Source: a virus
Taxonomy: Duplodnaviria; Caudoviricetes
DNA length: 39,495 nt
IMG/VR virus record: IMGVR_UViG_3300006182_000062
Location: 1-39,495 of that record
Strand: one strand, 5' to 3'
Under the pieces are notes generated by a model, which saw only the letters and a list, made by a program, of their open reading frames with translations, was not told where the DNA came from and ran no database searches. Position numbers and translations under genes: made by a program. Shown here piece after piece: positions 35,716-39,495 of this stretch (position 1 is its first letter; every line of letters begins with the position of its first letter).

Positions 35716-36069
35716 ATGTCCCGCGTTCTGTGTAACCGCTGCAAGCGGATGATGGTTCCAAGAGTAATATTTAGCCGAAGCATTGCCGGTGGCTGGGGAT
35801 GGCGAATTGGCGGGGGAAAGCCAATCTCCAGCTGTTGTCCCTTCTGCTTATCAGAACATTGGGATGTAGTAGGTGAGCCAAGCCCACTGCGTGGCAGCGT
35901 TCTGATGAAGGTGCTGAGTATTCCGCTGACCCTGATCATGTTTACCTTGCTCTTCGGTGCTTCCCAGCAGTTGGCTAGCTATATGGGTGGGGCAGCGATC
36001 GTGCAGTGGATTGGATTGATCGGATCGTTTATCGCGACGTACAAATTTGGCCGCTGGTTCGTAAATTGA
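35716..36069 (+). CDS. Small Zn-finger membrane protein, 117 aa
   Basis: AAGGAG RBS; CNRC...CPFC followed by two hydrophobic helices. Confidence 0.7.
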   Translation: MSRVLCNRCKRMMVPRVIFSRSIAGGWGWRIGGGKPISSCCPFCLSEHWDVVGEPSPLRGSVLMKVLSIPLTLIMFTLLFGASQQLASYMGGAAIVQWIGLIGSFIATYKFGRWFVN

Positions 36070-36131
36070 AACCCAGCCAGGGCGTTTGCGGTCTGTGTGT
36101 CAGGCCGCCAAGCGGCTAACGTAGTCCCCAG

Positions 36132-36272
36132 TTAATTCCCCCTCTTTCTTGGGCGGGACGACCGTCGCTTGTTGTCTAAATGTCTTGCGAGCCGAAAGCC
36201 AACTAGAGCAGCGACCGTAACGCTGAGGAGCACGAAAGCAATTGCCTGTAGCAGGGTTGACGCTGTATCCAT
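36132..36272 (-). CDS. Small membrane peptide, 46 aa (not in the ORF track)
   Basis: Manually translated MDTASTLLQAIAFVLLSVTVAALVGFRLARHLDNKRRSSRPRKRGN; GAGG upstream. Confidence 0.5.
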   Translation of the reverse strand: MDTASTLLQAIAFVLLSVTVAALVGFRLARHLDNKRRSSRPRKRGN

Positions 36273-36610
36273 ACCCGGGCCTCGATAGCTGGTTTTGGGC
36301 GACTATACCCCCAGATACTGAGAACCCTAGCTGCTGCAGTAATACCTCTCTCTAGGACGACACCACGCATGCGGAAGAGCTTAGCTTCGTTGCCGTAGTG
36401 GATTGGTCATGACGACAGATAACCAAACGAATACGGCAAAAACTCGCGCTGGTTGCCGCTGTGGATGCGAAACGGCAACAGGAGCCGGCAGAATTCGCCG
36501 TGGGTGTCCACGCGTATCGATTATTGGTGGCGGCGACTGTGGGGCCCGCGGGGTCCTAGACCCCTTCTATGATTCGTTGCGAGCTCGAACGGTTTGGTTT
36601 GAGCGACGGG

Positions 36611-37210
36611 GAAGCTTAGACCGGCACAATCCAGCAACCATGAGGGTTAGAGCGCCGTTCTAAGCTTCCCGGCGAGTATTAGAACGGGTTGCTTAGAACG
36701 GGCGGCGCGAAGCTTAGAACGCGACGCGGCTTTTCTCGAAGCTTAGAACGGGCATAACCCAGCAATCATGCGGGTTTGAGCCCTGTTCTAAGCTTCCCGG
36801 CGAGTGTTAGAACGGGTTGTTTAGAACGGGCGGCGCGAAGCTTAGAACGCAGACCTGTTTTTTCGCGAAGCTTAGAACGGCAGAGCCCAGCAACCATGCG
36901 GGTTTGAGCCCCGTTCTAAGCTTCCCGGCGAGTGTTAGAACGGGTTGTTTAGAACGGGCGGCGCGAGGCTTAGAACGCAGACCTGTTTTTTCGCGAGGCT
37001 TAGAACGGCAGAACCCAGCAACCATGCGGGTTTGAGCCCCGTTCTAAGCTTCCCGGCGAGTGTTAGAACGGGTTGTTTAGAACGGGCGGCGCGAAGCTTA
37101 GAACGCAGACCTGTTTTTCGCGAAGCTTAGAACGGGCAGAACCCAGCAATCATGAGGGTTTGAGCCCTGTTCTAAGCTTCGCGTTCTAATACTCGACCGT
37201 TCTAAACAAC
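36611..37210. repeat. Tandem array of ~128-bp units (4 full + 1 partial) rich in TTAGAAC
   Basis: Unit starts at 36611, 36738, 36867, 36995 and 37122. Each unit has a GAAGCTTAGAACGG...CCGTTCTAAGCTTC-type inverted repeat. Confidence 0.95.
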
Positions 37211-37421
37211 GAAAAAAAAATGGACCTCATTCCGTATAAATCTATTACGAGATGAGATTTTCGCAAAAAGTTGGGGATTTGGTGTCGCGTAGCGGATGTT
37301 AGTGAAGCGAGTGCGCGAGCTGAATGGTTCACTGTGCCGTAGTGGTGGCCTGCTGAATGGGGCCTGTGTGCGACCGTAGCGCGTTTAAGACGTAACGGTT
37401 TTTGGCCGACCGTCTTGGTGG

Positions 37422-37814
37422 ATGTGTGAGAAGCGAGAGCGAGCATTGAATTTTCGAGAAATTGGCCTAGGACGGTTCTTCCCCCCGATTATTCCGAACG
37501 GGAGATTTTTCGCGCTTGCGATTGGCGGTCTCCGGATACAGGAAATCCTGCAAGTCACAGACGTTGGCCTTGAATGCGGCGGAGTGAGTTTTAGCTGGGG
37601 TGATATTTGCGGCTACGCCATCCAGGGAAATGAGGCTTGCCTGTTGAGCAAGAAGTACTCCTCAGGCGGGATGAGGTTCAAGCTGGGTACTTGCTATTTC
37701 GTTGGCTCGGCTCCACTGCCCGAGCGGCACATCCAAGGCTATCCGGTTGAGCATTGCCTTATGAATCGAATCACGTTTGAGCAGCAGAGGTTGCAGATCC
37801 CTGTCTGTGGCTGA
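37422..37814 (+). CDS. Hypothetical protein, ~130 aa (start uncertain)
   Basis: Only sizeable ORF with protein-like composition between the array and SRAP. Confidence 0.5.
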   Translation: MCEKRERALNFREIGLGRFFPPIIPNGRFFALAIGGLRIQEILQVTDVGLECGGVSFSWGDICGYAIQGNEACLLSKKYSSGGMRFKLGTCYFVGSAPLPERHIQGYPVEHCLMNRITFEQQRLQIPVCG

Positions 37815-38055
37815 GATCTATCGCCCTGAGAAGGCGCCAGAACGTCGCTGTGAGCTTTTCAGGTGGGTGGTGGCTATACCGGGTGCTCAAAGCCTCAAAA
37901 AAGCACCAAGCGCTATCGTAGCTCGTTACGAGGGTGGAGCCCGACATTCGTCGCGTGTTCGAGGACTCTACTGGGAGCAGCTTCAGGTTGGTCATCGAGG
38001 CGCCGGACGGGGTCCAGGTTCTTCGAGAGGAGCTGCTGACAAAATGGCGATGAAT

Positions 38056-38748
38056 TTAGCTGGCTGGCTCTATTAGCGAGCGGCCTTCGTTGCGAACGTT
38101 GCCCACGGCACGGTTGACCGGAAACCATTCGAACACTTCCACCGGTAAAGCTAGGAGTCTCACGATCTCTCCGGCTCGCTCAAGCGGCAGGTCCGGCTCA
38201 ATCCATTCTCTTGCCAGATCCGCTTCAAGCACGACAGGCCGGCGGTCATGGATGTCCACCATGCCCTGATCGCTGTCCGCTGTGATAATCACGAAGCCAT
38301 CCCCTTCGCGATGGGTCGTACCGGTGCGGTCCATCTGTGCCAATGCGGCAAACCAAAGTGGTTCGCAGTCCTTGCGTCGGATGTAGTAGGGCTGCTTTTT
38401 CTTCGGGTCCGATGGGTCCTTGACCCACTCGTACCAGCCATCGGCTGCAACCAGCGTTCGGCCAGTGGCCCAGATATCACGGAAGAACCGGCTGGTCGCT
38501 GCCGTCTCCACCCGCGCATTGATTGCCGGTGGGCGCTTACCCACGGCCCAGAACGGCTGATATCCCCAGGGCAAGCGGGCCATGCGCAAGCCTGTGTCGG
38601 TCTCGTAGAAGATCATCACGCGTGAACGCGGCGCGACGTTGTAGCGGTTGATCGGCTCAGGGTCGATTCCGCCCTCAATGGGCTTGTCATAGCGCAGCGC
38701 ATCCAGGTACTCGACCGCTGTTCGGTACTGTGTGAATCGACCGCACAT
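38056..38748 (-). CDS. SOS response-associated peptidase (SRAP/YedK/HMCES family, abasic-site protection)
   Basis: N-terminal MCGRF, RYNVAP, INARVET, ADGWYEW and IHDRRPVVL. Confidence 0.95.
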   Translation of the reverse strand: MCGRFTQYRTAVEYLDALRYDKPIEGGIDPEPINRYNVAPRSRVMIFYETDTGLRMARLPWGYQPFWAVGKRPPAINARVETAATSRFFRDIWATGRTLVAADGWYEWVKDPSDPKKKQPYYIRRKDCEPLWFAALAQMDRTGTTHREGDGFVIITADSDQGMVDIHDRRPVVLEADLAREWIEPDLPLERAGEIVRLLALPVEVFEWFPVNRAVGNVRNEGRSLIEPAS

Positions 38749-38814
38749 ATCCCCTTCAGCCTGCTATCGGATGGCTGCCTCTCTACATTGACCGCATGCG
38801 GTGCTCGTTGTTTA

Positions 38815-38830
38815 CTGTGTATATATACAG
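38815..38830. promoter_or_regulatory. LexA (SOS) box between divergent SRAP and umuD
   Basis: CTGTGTATATATACAG = CTG-N10-CAG, flanked by TA; TTGACC -35 at 38788. Confidence 0.9.
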
Positions 38831-38848
38831 TAATCGTAGAGCAGTATC

Positions 38849-39274
38849 ATGCGCGCCACCATACTGGGCCAGATCGGCCCGTCTCCTACTTTCGTGCAGT
38901 ACGTCGATACCCGTGTGCCTGCGGGTTTCCCCTCGCCAGCAGCCGACTATGAGGAGGTCACGCTATCCATCGATGAGCTGATCGATCTCCGAACGCCGCA
39001 CGTCTACCTGGTACGCGTCGAGGGCCCGAGCATGATCGGCGCCGGTATCTACAATGGTGACGTGCTGGTGGTCAACAAGGCACTGGAGGCGCGCTCCGGC
39101 CACATCGTGGTCGCATACGTCGACGGCGGGATGACAGTGAAGCGGCTGCAGATCACACCGGCCGGGGTCTGGCTGCAGCCCGAAAACCCGGACTACCGCG
39201 CCATCCCTGTCACCGAGTCCCTGCATGTGTGGGGTGTGGCTACTCACAATCTGCATCAACTATGTTCGCGCTGA
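38849..39274 (+). CDS. umuD: UmuD/RulA-like S24 peptidase subunit of Pol V
   Basis: [16 protein letters not shown] (Ser) and TVKRL (Lys). Confidence 0.93.
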   Translation: MRATILGQIGPSPTFVQYVDTRVPAGFPSPAADYEEVTLSIDELIDLRTPHVYLVRVEGPSMIGAGIYNGDVLVVNKALEARSGHIVVAYVDGGMTVKRLQITPAGVWLQPENPDYRAIPVTESLHVWGVATHNLHQLCSR

Positions 39275-39495
39275 TCGACTGCAACTCGTTCTACTGCTCG
39301 TGCGAGCGCGTCTACCGGCCCTGGCTAGACAGCGTGCCGGTGGTGGTACTGAGCAATAACGACGGTTGCGTCATCGCGCGTACGCGCGAGGCTAAACGCC
39401 TGGGCATTCCCATGGGCGCCCCGTATTTCCAGTGGCGCGATCAAATGCGTGAATGGGGCGTGGTGTGCTTCTCAAGCAACTACGAGCTCTATTAA
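39262..39495 (+). pseudogene. umuC: Truncated UmuC/RulB Y-family polymerase (77 aa)
   Basis: [16 protein letters not shown]...[10 protein letters not shown]...FSSNYELY followed immediately by TAA. Confidence 0.8.

Larger units (their letters stand above)
34049..39495. mobile_element. Second integrative element / genomic island (left part; continues beyond the window)
   Basis: att-adjacent tyrosine integrase, arm-type repeats, lower GC, SRAP-umuDC cargo. Confidence 0.75.

Noticed and set aside
36807..37130. ORFs 36817-37035, 36945-37130 and 36807-37025
   Set aside because: They are translations of the DNA repeat; unit lengths are not a consistent multiple of 3 and there is no RBS.
36611..37210. 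CRISPR array
   Set aside because: The sequences between hairpins are near-identical rather than unique spacers, the period is 128 bp, and no cas genes are present.
37777..38076. 99-aa plus-strand ORF and overlapping short ORFs
   Set aside because: They overlap neighbouring genes, have no motif and weak start signals.

Overview
High-GC, Pseudomonas-like sequence (host inferred) containing two adjacent mobile elements. (1) 1-~34095 is an apparently complete P2/phiCTX-like temperate prophage. In order it carries a tyrosine integrase, small early genes, a 907-aa TOPRIM primase-helicase, Ogr/CII/Cox-like regulators, an XRE repressor, a lower-GC accessory block, the P2-type tail, baseplate, lysis, head and packaging genes, a nuclease-like moron, a cos-like site and a 3'-half tRNA-Thr(TGT) att copy. 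The other att should lie left of the window. (2) ~34049-end is the start of a second integrative element: a tyrosine integrase, small membrane ORFs, a ~600-bp array of 128-bp tandem repeats, and a LexA-boxed SRAP / umuD / truncated umuC cassette. The most notable signals are a translationally coupled three-gene operon ending in a PD-(D/E)XK nuclease (candidate anti-phage system), a second nuclease moron next to cos, the 128-bp TTAGAAC array, repeated CGGCAA-loop hairpin + RBS leaders in the early operon with a complementary anti-SD loop in the late transcript, and a 62-aa mimic of the repressor C-terminal domain. All family calls come from motif recognition and synteny; no database search was run.
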